Assembly: GCF_009914755.1 (NCBI RefSeq)
Contig: NC_060931.1
Strand: one strand, 5' to 3'
DNA length: 64,000 bases
Source: the human T2T-CHM13v2.0 reference genome, Homo sapiens
Below, in pieces: positions 1 through 12,258 of the stretch. Positions within the stretch are counted from its first letter, which is position 1. Each line of letters opens with the position of its first letter. Both the position numbers and the translations under genes were made by a program. The notes beneath the pieces are model-generated. The model was not told the DNA's origin. It saw only the letters and a list, made by a program, of their open reading frames with translations, and did no database searches.

Positions 1-70
1 GTTGTGACAGAAACCACAAAGCTAACAGTTTCTATCTAGCCTGTTACAGAAAAAGAGTGCTGACTACTCT
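1..70. mobile_element. MER58-like (hAT-Charlie) terminal fragment, cut by window edge
   Basis: gttgtgacagaaacc...tctatctagcctgttacagaaaaagagtgctgac resembles the recalled MER58A end (GTTGCGACAGAGACC...CTATCTGGCCCTTTACAGAAAAAGTTTGCCGAC). Confidence 0.6.
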
Positions 71-309
71 AGAACATGGTGTAGCCCTGTATGAGCACCA
101 AATAATTAGAAACCACTTGCTGTTTATCCCAGTCCTTTGCAGATCCTTCTTCCCCTCTGGTATTACTACTGGACCTGTCCCATGGCTTTGTGACTTACTT
201 TACCTGGAAAGACTATGATACAGAGTGAAGTGTTATCTACTTCCAAAATGCGTAATATAATAGTGATACTATTTCCAGTAAACATAGTAATATAGAGATT
301 CTAATGTAG

Positions 310-910
310 AAGAAGTCACAGTGATACCATTTTACCATCTATTTAGGAATATCCAGATGAAATAATCACTTTGGAAGACTATCTGTCAATATCTATGATA
401 CTTATGCCAACTGAGTATCTACTGAAAACGATTCCACTCCTGGGTGTATGCCTCAAATTTATAAATTTATATTTCTACCAAAAGATATTTACAAGAAACT
501 TCAGAGAACTTTGGTCATGGGGGACAAAATTTGGAATAAACCAAATGCCTATCAAAAATGGAATATATAAAGAATTTTTAAATGCAATACTACATGTGAA
601 TAATAAGAAAAATACTACTGTTACAGCAAATACCATAATAAATAACAGAAGTCAAAAAATATGTCTATATGATGCAACTTATATAAAATTGTCAACAGAC
701 AAAACTAATCTAAGATAATAGAAGTCCAAATAGTGGTTACTTATGGGAGAGTATGACTGGGAGGAATATTGGAAATATTCTCTATGTGGATATAATTAGT
801 GCTGCTACGTACACACATGCATACACGTACATATGTGTGTATTTATTCTTTGGAATGTATACTTAACATTTGTGTATTTTACTGTTTGTATGTTGTCCCA
901 AAATTTAAGA
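310..910 (+). mobile_element. Ancient L1 (L1ME-like) ORF2 end and 3'UTR relic
   Basis: attccactcctgggtgtatgcc, aaaccaaatgcctatcaa, acagacaaaactaatcta..gaagtccaaatagtggttac and tgtgtattttactgtttgtatgtt are typical L1ME 3' motifs; explains ORF 371..718. Confidence 0.7.
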
Positions 911-995
911 ATGAAGGAAATTCAGGCAACCCAGTATAATTGAGTCTTTGTTAGTCCAGAGTTGTTTAAAAGTCTCTTTTGATAAAAACAAAAAC

Positions 996-1906
996 AAAAA
1001 AAACAGAAAACCTAAATAAACAAAAGATCATCCTTAGATATTTGGTTTCAGTCTCCCAAAAAAAGCATGTTTCAACATTGATTCATTTTGTTTCATATTC
1101 TTTTACAGACAGAATTCTATGGAGAGACAGTAACTTTAGTCATTGGGCAAATCTGAGAACATACAGTGTAAAAAGTGTGTGCAGCTAGTATAGTGTCCCC
1201 AGGGGAAAAGGGTATATAAAAGAAGACTTGCTGAATGAATTGTATAGTCTTTTTATCTTCTGAAACCATGGAATAATTTTGACATGAAGACTAGAATATA
1301 ATTGCAAACGTAATTAGAAAAATGGTTTCAAGAACTGTTTGAAGAACCATTTCAAGTTCTTTGTTTTCAATTATCCTCAATTTTGGTTTTCCTATCTTCT
1401 AAAATGAAACACATCAGCAGCATTGCTAATAAGTATAATTCTTAGAAATCAGAAAAAATGGCAAAATACACTATCATGCGTGCCATTGCAATTAAAATAC
1501 TTTTCTTAATGAATGCTTATATGTTATAAGTGCTGTCTTTTCTCAAGGGATCCCTTATACAATAAAGTTCCTGTGCTCAGACAAATTCAGACATTTTGTT
1601 AGACATCATTTTGCTGACATTTACTGACATTTGACCCATAATGCTTCCCTTTAGGAGAAGATAGGATACAACCTGTGCTTGCTCTTCTGGAACCCTTTAT
1701 CCTCTAACTTAATTTAAGGGGTTTATTTGGAATGTATATATGTGTGTGTATATATATATATATGTATATGTATATGTGTGTATATATGTATATATATACA
1801 CCCATATATTAATTAAAAAAAAACAGAAAACCTAAATAAACAAAAGAACATTCTTAGATATTTGGTTTCAGTCTCCCAAAAAAAGCATGTTTCAGTATTG
1901 ATTCAT
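996..1906 (+). repeat. Dispersed direct repeat of ~91 bp (996-1086 and 1816-1906)
   Basis: aaaaaaaacagaaaacctaaataaacaaaag..ttagatatttggtttcagtctcccaaaaaaagcatgtttca..attgattcat occurs twice, offset 820 bp, 4 mismatches. Confidence 0.95.
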
Positions 1907-1977
1907 ATATATGTGTATATGTACATGCACACACATATGTATATATATGTATATATGCACATAGACACGCGCGCGCG

Positions 1978-2025
<48 letters not shown>
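1733..2025. repeat. Compound (TA)/(TG)/(CG)9/(CA)n microsatellite at the Alu tail, interrupted by the 91-bp copy
   Basis: Directly visible; (CG)9 at 1968-1986, (CA)n to about 2025. Confidence 0.95.
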
Positions 2026-2026
<1 letters not shown>

Positions 2027-2297
2027 TTTATGTCTCACTCTGTCGCCCAGGCTAGAGTGCAATCTCAGCTCACCGAAACCTCCACCTCCCAGTTCAAGTG
2101 GTTCTCCTGCCTCAGCCTCATCAGTGGCTGGGATTACAGGCATGTGCCACCACACCTGGCTAATTTTTTGTATTTTTAGTAGAGATGGGTTTTCACCATG
2201 TTAGCCAGGCTGGTCTTGAACTCCTGACCTCAGGTGATCTGCCTGCCTCGGCCTCCCACATTGCTGGGATTACAGGCATGAGCCACCGCACCCAGCC
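2026..2297 (-). mobile_element. AluS (Sx-like)
   Basis: Reverse Alu: tctcactctgtcgcccaggct...ctcctgacctcaggtgatc...gagccaccgcacccagcc; tail replaced by microsatellite. Confidence 0.95.
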
Positions 2298-5006
2298 AAG
2301 GCTATCTTTTTAGTTAAGACAGTAAAACAATCATGAGCCCAGGCTTATTAGTGAAATCAACAAAGTGAACTTTAAGAAATCTGTACAGTATATAATAATT
2401 CTTTCTGAATTGCTCTTGTGAATTAAGAATAAAACAATTTGGCTACTCTAAAAAAAATTGTTAAATCGGCGAGCTTAAACTACTTTAAGGGCAAGAACAA
2501 GTCTTATTGTCAAAACAAATAATTTACAGAAAAAGAAAATCAAGAAAACATCTTAAGGGATAATATTATAAAAGCATTTAAATATTTTATTTATCTGGAC
2601 TTTGTTTTACAAAAAATCTGCCCTCTGTTGTGAGAGCTTGCAATGAGTAAGGATGCTTTAGTAATCTTTTTCTCTTTTCCTTTTTTAAAAATCTAGTTTT
2701 TCTGCTAGACGCAGAACTGTTTCTGGAGAAAGACATTAAATCATGCTGCTGGCTCTGCCCCATTATTTTATATACTCATAATGAAACTGGAAATATGTTC
2801 AAATAGAAATTTATATGTTAGCGCTAAATAACTTCAAACTCAGTGTGTTTCTTCAAGGATGAACTAAGTGTTCAATACAGGTTTTGCTTAATAGTCAAGC
2901 AGAAGCACACTGAAAATCCTTAAAGAGTAGGAAAGAGCTGAGACTTTCTACAGTTTTCAACACGGTAAAGTTTTAGTAATGACAAAACATTTCTATTAAA
3001 CATGTTGCTTTTCCCCCAGCATTGCACTGACCAAAAATTTTTTGGTAGGTAAAACTGAGCAACAGAAAAATATCAGTGATAGCCCTGCGTAATAAATGAA
3101 AAACAAGACAAAGGTGCCCTAAGAGATGATGTAAATACAGCATTACATAATATTTAATCTACTACAGATACGCAGTAGCAAATGTATGAAGTTAAAATTA
3201 ACAGGCTCCAGGCTGGGAAACATTCATTGTCTTCCTACTAATGATTCCCTAATGGACAGCTTCAGTGCACGATGTGGTGTGTTTTCACATAGAATCATTT
3301 TACCACAGACTGACTTTCTTGCCCAGTCTAATTTGCAGAAGGGATAAAAATACTTGGAAGTGAGACGTTTAGAGAAAAAAAAAAGTTTTTTTTAACAGAG
3401 TAATTTTGTAAGATACCACTATATATGGATCCTACACATTCACATGTTTATCATGTGTGAAGTGGAATGATCTATTAACTGCATATTTCAATTCAAATTG
3501 TTGAAAGATTCTGAGATGATGCTCACAGTTGATTAATAATAAAATCCTATTCTCTAGGTAGATATAAGTCAGTAGTCCAAATAAAAGTTCTGAAAGTAAA
3601 CATTCCTCTTAGAGAAACGTACAAGAGCAATTTACAGAATCTTATGGTATATGGGATTTTGAACATGACTTGTTTGGACCAATAGGAGTGAACATCCTAA
3701 TAGAGGCTTTGAGGGAAGAACTTTGACACCGTGCCAAAGGGCTCACTTAATGTAATACAATTTTCTTTAAAGGCTATTTTGAGTATCTGGATATAAGAAC
3801 CCATCCTTATTTTTACTTGAGGCATTAACATTGAGAAAGTGTTGGTCTCTTCCACAGGTAGAATTTTACAGTAGAAAGCTGGAAAATTGCTTTTATTGAT
3901 ACCTATTGGTTTTTGTTTTTCATAGAGCTTTTCTAAGTTCCAGTAAGACTGAAATTAATTTAATACATTAAAATGTTTGTTATGGAAAACTCTGAGTATT
4001 TATGAAGTGTTGGTAAATCTCTAATCATGGCTACTTGCATCTGATTGGTTAGACTTTCAAACTGAACCCATAGAGAAAACGCTATCATAGTAAAATGTCC
4101 CATATAATCAGGTGTGTTTCATACATACATTTATGAAGAAATAAATTGACATGTGTGAATCTATTGTAGAGTAACCATTTTACTTTAGATTTCCAAGATC
4201 TTATAGTGATTTAAGATGAGATTTCTAGCACTTATAGTATGAAATTTCTGCTATTCAAAATTTGTAATAATTTCATTCATATTGTGATATACATGAAATC
4301 ATGTAATATATAATTAATAAAGTGAAATATGTAAAAGTTATATTCCTGTGCAATTCCTGAAATATAATAGATGAATTTTAGGAGTTAGCACAATTTTTGA
4401 CTGCATAAATGCCTTAAGTATTACAAGTGTTTATTTCCTGTTCACTACATCAAAATCAGATGAATCTCCATTATTCAACACTTGGGTAATAATGACTATT
4501 TGCAATAAGTTTTTGAAAGAAAAATAATGGACTTCTTTTCCAATGAATTAATTTGGATTGCTGTTAGAATCTCTAGGATTTTGTTTTATGTAAGAAACAA
4601 ATGATTGTCTAGACTCACATTGTATGCTTTAATGCAATTAAAAATAATATTTTGCATCCTTTATTTGACCTATAAAGTAAAGAGAAAAAAAGGAAAAATA
4701 GCAGAGCATATATTTCTGATCATACAGAAAAAGTGCATCTTTCTTTTATATTACAAATATAGTCTAATAAAATAAAGTCAACTTTATTATTTTCACTGAA
4801 TATCCTACTGGAATAACAGTCTATGAGCTATATCCTCCAATTATATTTGATTATAATATTTGCATATTGTCATATATAGATTTTTTAGAAAATTCATTAG
4901 TAGGAAAATGTGAGTTCTTGTGCTATATGTTTTTAAATTTTCTCCAGTGTTTTCACTTCCATTAACCTATTATACTAATTTGCTGCATCGATGTGATAAT
5001 GTACAC

Positions 5007-6067
5007 CAATAGTTCTCAACATTAAAAGAAAAATAGAATTATATGAGAAATTTTAAAACCTACCAACACCTGGTCCCATCCCAGATATTCTGATTAAGTT
5101 AAGAAGAGACATCCCCCAGGAACTGTGAAACAAATTTATGAGAAAAAGCAAACAACCCCATTAAAAAGTGAGCAAAGGATATAAACAGACACTTTTTAAA
5201 AGACAAACATGCAGCCAACAATCATATGTAAAAAAAGCTTAACATCACTGATTATTAGAGAAATGCAAGTCAAAACCACAATGAGATACCATCTCACACC
5301 AGTCAGAATGGTTATTATTTAAAAGTGAAGAAATAACAGATGTTGGTGTGAGGTTGCAGAGAAAAAGAAACACTTATACACTGTTGGTGGGAGTGTAAAT
5401 TACTTTAACCATTGTAGAAGGCAGTGTGGCAACTCCTCAAAAACCTAAAGACAGAAATAACATCTGACCCAGTGATCTAATTGCCACGTATATATCCAAA
5501 TTAATATAAATTATTATAAAGACAAATGTATGCACACGTACGTTCATTGCAGCACTATTCACAATAGCAATGACATGTAATCAACCTCAGTGCCCATCAG
5601 TGTAGACCAGATAAAGAAAATGTGGTACATACACACCATGAAATACTATACAGCGATGAAAACGAATGAAATCATGTCCTTTGCAGAGACATGAATGGAG
5701 CTGGAGACCATTATCCTTAGCAAAATAAGGCAGGAACAGAAAACCAAATACCACATGTTCTCACTTATAAATGGGAGCTAAATGATGAGAACACATGGAC
5801 ATGTAGAGGGGAACAACACACACTGGGGCCTCTCAGAGTGGAGGGTGGGAGGAGAAAGAGGATAAGAAAAAAAACTAATGGGTACTAGGCTTAATACCTA
5901 ACTAATAAAATAATCTGTACAACAAACCCCCAGGACACAAGTTTACCTGTCTAACAAATCTGCAAATGTAACCCTCAAAAAGTTTAAAAAATATTTTAAA
6001 AGAGGACCAAAGAAACCAAATTCTCAAGTTGATTCTAATGTATATCCAGGTTTTGGAGTTATTATTG
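5007..6067. mobile_element. MER5-like (hAT-Charlie) element split by an L1 (pieces 5007-5100 and 6021-6067)
   Basis: caatagttctcaac...cctggtcccatcccagatattctgattaa and ttctcaagttgattctaatgtatatccaggttttggag match the two halves of recalled MER5B. Confidence 0.5.
5120..5992 (+). mobile_element. 5'-truncated L1, older primate (L1PA13-16-like) ORF2 end and 3'UTR
   Basis: aaaaccacaatgagataccatctcacaccagtcagaatgg; 3'UTR gggtactaggcttaatacct..aataatctgtacaacaaacccc..gacacaagtttacct. Confidence 0.9.
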
Positions 6068-6582
6068 TATAGAACTCAGGTTGAGCATAATAATTTTATA
6101 CAATGTATCATTTTAAATAAACTCATTTAATATGCCTTGTGTTACATAACATATATCATTTCCCCGTCTTCATTCATAAACAGAGAAAGTTTAAAAAGTA
6201 AATTAAAAAGGTGTTCCTATTTCCTATTCTCTAGAGTCCTGAGCTTTAGTTTTGACATTCATATGTATGTAAAATATGCATTCTTTACACTTTAATTAGC
6301 TCTTTTTGTTTTTCTATAATTGCAGTTTGCTAGATTTCCATCAGATTGCTAGGTCCTATTCTAAGGGAGAGTTATCCCAGCATCAGGTGTAATATAACAG
6401 CTTAGAATTAAGCCTCAAGAGAATGCAAAAGGCTGGTTTACTGGCTTCTGTATAATGTGGATACCAGAATCTTGACTTCTATAACAGTGATTTTGTTTTA
6501 AATTTCGTGATTTTTATTTTTAATTGGGGTTTACTACATTTGAAAAACAGCACTTTGTCAAAGTGGCCCAACTCAAAAATTA

Positions 6583-8968
6583 TAGGTATGCCACAAAAAC
6601 ACTGTGGATTAAGTTCTAGACAACCTCGATAAAGAAATAACACAATAAAGTGAGTCACACAACTTTTTTGGTTACCCAATGCATATCAAAGTTATGCTTA
6701 CAATATACTGTAGTCTATTAAGTGTTAAATAGCATAATGTCTATAAAAACAATGTATAAACTTTCATTTAACAATATTTTATTGCTAAAAGAACATAGTA
6801 AATAATTGCCTGAGCCTTGGAAGTGTCATAATAATTTTGCTGCTAGAGAGTCTTGCCTCAAGGCTGATGGCTGCTGACCGACCAATGTGGTCATTTCTGT
6901 AATTTGAGGTGGCTGTGTCAATTTCTTAAAATAAAACAGCAATGAAGTGGGCCACATCAATTGACTTTTCCATTAAAGATATCTCTGGAGCATGTAAAAC
7001 TGTTTGATAGTATTTTGAGAATCAAAACATGTCCATATCTCATAGGCTGAAAGCTAGCCAAACAGCAAGCCATGTTGTAAATGAAATGAAAACTTACTGA
7101 AGGTAATTAAAAGTGCTACACCAATGAACACACAAATGACAAGAAAGCAAAACTGATTGCCACTGCTTTATCAACTAAGTTTATGTAGTGTTCTAAATCT
7201 TTTTTTTTTTTTGTCATTTTAACAATTTTCACAGCATCTTCACCAGGAGTAGATTCCTTCTCAAGAAACCAATTTTTCTTCTCATCAATAAGTAATAACT
7301 GCTCATTCATTCAAGTTTTATCATAAGACTGTAACAATTCAGTACACTTCTAATACTGGTTATCTTGCTAGTTCCCCCAAATCTGCAGTTACTTCCTCCA
7401 CTGAAGTCGTGAACCCCTCAAAGTCATCCATGAAGGTTAGACGCAACTTTTTCCAAATTCTTGTTAATGTGGGTATTTTGACCTCCTCTCATAAATCACA
7501 GATGTTCTTAATGGCATATCAAATGGTGAATTTTTTTCCAGAAGGTTTGCAACTTATTTTGCCCAGATATATCAGGGGAATCATTATTTAAGGTAGCAGC
7601 AGTAGCCTCATGAAATGTATTTTTTAAATAGTAAGACTTAAAAATTCAAATTTCTCTTGATTCATGGGCTACAGAGTGAATGTTGTACTAGCAGGCATGA
7701 AAACAACATTATCTCCTTGAACATCTCCATCAGAGGTCTTAGATGACTAGGTACATGGTCAATGAGCAGTAATAGTTTAGAAAGAAATCTGTTTCTGACA
7801 CACGGATTTCAACATTGCACTTAGAATATTCAGTAAACCATGCTGTAAACAGATGTGCTGTTATCCAGGTTTTGTTATTCCATTTCTAGAGCACAGTCAG
7901 AGTACAATTTGCACAATTTTAATAATTAAAGTCACCAACTGCATTAGCTACTAACACACGAGTTAGGCTGTCCTTTGAAACTTTGAAGCCAGGCATTGAC
8001 TTCTGCTGTCTAGCTAAGAAAGTCCTAGATGGCATCTTCTTCGTCAAATAGAAGGCTGCATCATCTACATTAAAAATAGGTTGTTTACTGTAGCCATGTT
8101 CATGAATGATCTTAGCTAGACTTCTGGGTAACTTCCTGCTGCTTCTATGTCAGCACTCACTGTTTGTGTTATGGAGATGGTTTCTTTCCTTAACCCTATA
8201 AATATACCTCTGGTAACTTCACACACTTTTCTCCCGCAGCTTTCATACCTCTCTCACCCTTCATAGAGTTAAAAGCCTTGTTCTGAATTAGGCTTTGACT
8301 CAAGAGAATGTTGTAACTTTTTTGGTCTTCTATTCAGACCAGTAAAACATTCTTCATATCAGTGATAAATTTTGTTTTCTTGTCATTTGTGTGTTCACTT
8401 GTGTAGCACTTTTAATTTCCTTCAATAACTTTCCTTTGCATTTACAACTTGGCTTACTATTTCTCACAAGAGACCTAGCTTTCAACCTATCTTGGCTTTC
8501 AACATACCTTCCTCAATAAGCTCAATCATTTGTAATTTTTAATTTAAAGTGAAACATGGAAATCTTCCTTCCTTCCCTCCTTACAAACCATTGTATTGTT
8601 ACTAATTAGCCTATTTTTTCCATAAGTTATTGGGGTACAGTTGGTATTTGGTTACTTTAGTGGTCATTTGTGAGATTTGGATACAATTATCACCCAAGAA
8701 GTATACATTGCACCATATTTGTAGTCTTTTATACCTCACCCGCCTCCCATTCTTTCCCCCAAGTCCCCAAAGTCCATTGCATCATTCTTATGTCTTTGGG
8801 TCCTCATAGCTTAGCTCCCACATACCAGTGAGAACATATGATATTAGGTTTTCCATTCCTGAGTTACTTCACTTAAAATAATAGTCTCCAATCTCATCCA
8901 AGTCACTGCAAATGCTGTTAATTCATTCCTTTTTATGGCTGCATAGTACTCCATTGTGTGTGTGTATA

Positions 8969-9002
<34 letters not shown>

Positions 9003-11236
9003 TATCACAGTTTCTTTATCCACTCTTTAATTGATGGGCATTTGGGTTGGTTCCAGAATTTTGCAATTGTGAATTGTGCTGCTATAAACATACACATGAA
9101 AGTATCTTTTTCAAATAATGACTGCTTTTCCTCTGGGTAGATACCCAGTAGTGGGATTGCTGGATCAAATGATAGTTCCACTTTTAGTTCTTTAGAGAAT
9201 CTCCACACTATTTTCCATAGTGGCTGTACTATTTTACATTCCCACTAGCAGTGTAGAAGTGTTGCCTGTTCACCACATCCACATCAACATTTACTGTTTT
9301 TTGATTTTTTGATTATGGCCATTCTTGCAGGAGTAAGATAGTGTCACATTGTGGTTTTGATTTGCTTTTCCCTGATCATTAGTGATATTGAGCATTTTTC
9401 ATGTTTTTTGGCCATTTGTATGTCTTCTTTTGATAATTGCCTATTCATGTTCTTAGCCCACTTTTTGATGGGATTGTATTTTTCTTACTGGTTTGTTTGA
9501 GTTTGTTGTAGATTCTGGATATTAGTACTTTGTTGGATATATAAATTATGAAGATTTTCTCCCACTCTTTGGGTTTTCTGTTTGCTGACTGTTCCTTTTG
9601 CTGTGGAAAAGCTCTTTAGTTTAATTAGGTACCAGCTACTTATCTTTATTTTTATTGCATTTGCTTTTGGGTTCTTGGTCATGAAATCCTTGCCTAAGCC
9701 AATGTCTAGAAGGGTTTTTCCAATGTTACCTTCCAGAATTTTTACAGTTTCAAGTCTTAGGTTTAAATCCTTAATCTATCTGGAGTTGATTTTTATATAA
9801 GGTGAGAGATGAGGATCCAGTTTCATTTTCCTACAGGTGACTAGCCAATTATCCCAGCACCATTTGTTGAAAAGGGTGTCCTTTCCCCACTTAATGATTT
9901 GGTTTGCTTTGTCGAAGATCAGTTGACTGTAAGTATTTGGCTTTATTTCTGGGTTCTCTATTCTTTTGCATTGGTCTATGTGCCTATTTTTATACTAGCA
10001 CCATGCTGTTTTGATGACTATGGCCTTATAGTATAGTTTGAAATCAGGTAGTGTGATGCCTCCAGATTTATTCGTTTTGCTTAGACTTGTTTTGCCTATG
10101 TAGGCTATTTTTTAGTTCCATGTGAATTTTAGAATTTTTTTTTTCTAATTCTGTGAAGAATGATGGTGGTATTTTGATGGGACTTGCATTGAATTTGTAG
10201 ATTGCTTTTGTCAGTGTGGTCATTTTTGCAACATTGATTCTACCCTTCCATGAGCATGAGATGTGTTTCCATTTGTTTGTTTTTGTCATCTATGATTTCT
10301 TTCAGCAATTTGCAGTTTTCCTTGTAGAGGACTTTCAACACCTTTGTTAGGTATATTTCTAAGTATTTTTTTGTTTTGTAGCTATTGTAAAAGGGGTTGA
10401 GTTCTTGATTATCTGCTTGGACACTGTTGGTGTATAGAAGACCAACAGATTTGTGTACATTAATCTTGTATCTGGAAACTTTGCCAAATTCTTTTATCAG
10501 TTCTAGGAGCTTTCTGGAGGAGTCCTTAGGATTTTCAAGGTAAACGATCATATTGTCAGGAAACAGTGACAATTTGACTTCCTCTTTACCAATTTATATG
10601 CCATTTATTTTTTTCTCTTGTCCTATTGCTCTGGCTAGGACTTCTAGTACTATGTTGAAGAGGAGTGATGACGTGAACATTCTTATCTTGTTCCAGTTCT
10701 CAGAGGGAATGCTTTCAAGTTTTCCCCATTCAGTATTATGTTGGCTGTGGGTTTGTCATAGGTGGCTTTTATTACATTAAGGTATGTTCCTTGTATGCTG
10801 ATTTTGCTGAGAGTTTTAATCTTAAAGGGATGATGGATTTTGTCAAATTTTAATTTTTTTTTTCGGGGAATAGGGACACCTGAGGAAAGGAAGGGATACA
10901 AAATAATGGCCAGCCAGAGGAACAATCAGAACACACTCATTTATAGAGTATTTTTGCCATATTATATGGTGCTGTTCATGACACCCCATAACAATTACAA
11001 TAGTAACATTAAATATCACAGACCACAGATAATTATAACAGATAAAAAATGTTGGAAATATTGCAAGAATTATCAAAATGTGACACAGAGACACAAAGTG
11101 AACACATGCTATTGAAAAGATGATGCCAGTAGACTTGATCAATGGAGGGCTGCCACCAACTTTCCATTTATTAAAAAAAAAAGCAATATCTGCAAATTTA
11201 AAATACAGTGAAGTACAATAAAACAAGGTATGCATA
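6583..11236 (-). mobile_element. Tigger1 DNA transposon, near full length, split by L1PB (pieces 6583-8613 and 10848-11236)
   Basis: Degenerate TIRs taggtatgcc (6583) and aaacaaggtatgcata (11221-11236), each flanked by TA; decayed transposase peptides on minus strand (ORF 7116..7310: KNWFLEKESTPGEDAVKIVKMT..DLEHYINLVDKAVA). Confidence 0.92.
8614..10847 (-). mobile_element. 5'-truncated L1PB (L1PB1-like) inserted in Tigger1
   Basis: 3' end ccataagttattggggtacagttggtatttggttac; ORF2 peptides [28 protein letters not shown] and [14 protein letters not shown] in ORF track. Confidence 0.92.
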
Positions 11237-11906
11237 TACATTAAACAATTAACTAAACACACAAGAACATTGAATTCTACATAATAGATTTTAATTTCCT
11301 AATCCCTAAAGATCTATTAAATAAATGCATGCAATTTCACTATACCACTTACTACTAGAATAAGTTTACATATATAATGTGTTCACTATGTACAAAGATT
11401 TGTTCTTAATTCAGTAAATATATTAACTCTTTTCCCCTTTATTGATACGTAGTAGTTTTACATATTTATTGAGTACATGTGAGTCTTTCTTACATACGTA
11501 GAATGCATAATGATCAAGTCAAGGCATTTGGAATATCCATTATTTTAAGTATCATTTTTATATGTTTATATCATTTCAAGTCCTCCTCTCTTTCAGTTCT
11601 TTACAAATATACATAATATTGTTGCTAAGTATAGTCACTCTATTCTGCTGTCAAATATTAGAATTCATTTTTCTGTTTAATTCTCTATTTCTACCTATAA
11701 TGAACCTCTCTTTATCCTTACGCTTGCCTTCACCCACCCTTCCCACTCTCTGGTATCTGTTATTCTATTTTCTATGTCCATGAGGTCAAGATTTTTAGCT
11801 TACACAATGAGTAAGAGCATAAAATACTTTTACGTCTGTTCCTGCTTATTTGACTTAACAGAATGACCTCTGATGCCCTCTGTGCAGTTGCAAATGACAT
11901 GATTTC

Positions 11907-12258
11907 TTTTCGTCATTTCTTTTCTTTTCTCTTTCTTTTTTTTTTTTTTTTTGAGATAGGGTCTTGTCTTGCTCTGTTGCACATGCTGGAGAGCAGTGGC
12001 ACATTTGTGGCTCACTGCAGCCTCTACCTGCCAGGCTACAGGGATTCTCCCATCTCAGCCTCCTGAGTAGCTGGGACTGCAGGTGTGCATCACCATGCCT
12101 GGTTATTATTTTCATTTTTATTTTATTTTATTTTATTTTTGTACAGATGGGTTTTCACCATGTTGCCAGACTGGTCTCAACCTCCTGGGCTCAAGCCATC
12201 TGCCCTCCTTGGCCTCCCATAGTGCTAGGATTACAGTTGTTAGACATTGCACCTGGCC
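11907..12258 (-). mobile_element. AluJ inside L1MA
   Basis: gagatagggtcttg, cactgcagcctc, ctcctgggctcaagc are J-type; degenerate TSD acatgatttc/acattatttc. Confidence 0.9.

Noticed and set aside
1578-1634. Cluster of about five gacattt-like motifs
   Set aside because: Short, irregularly spaced and consistent with local slippage; nothing supports a regulatory array.
3760-3863. Possible plus-strand exon (ttttctttaaag ... cag/gtagaa)
   Set aside because: Stops in all three frames and a weak donor.
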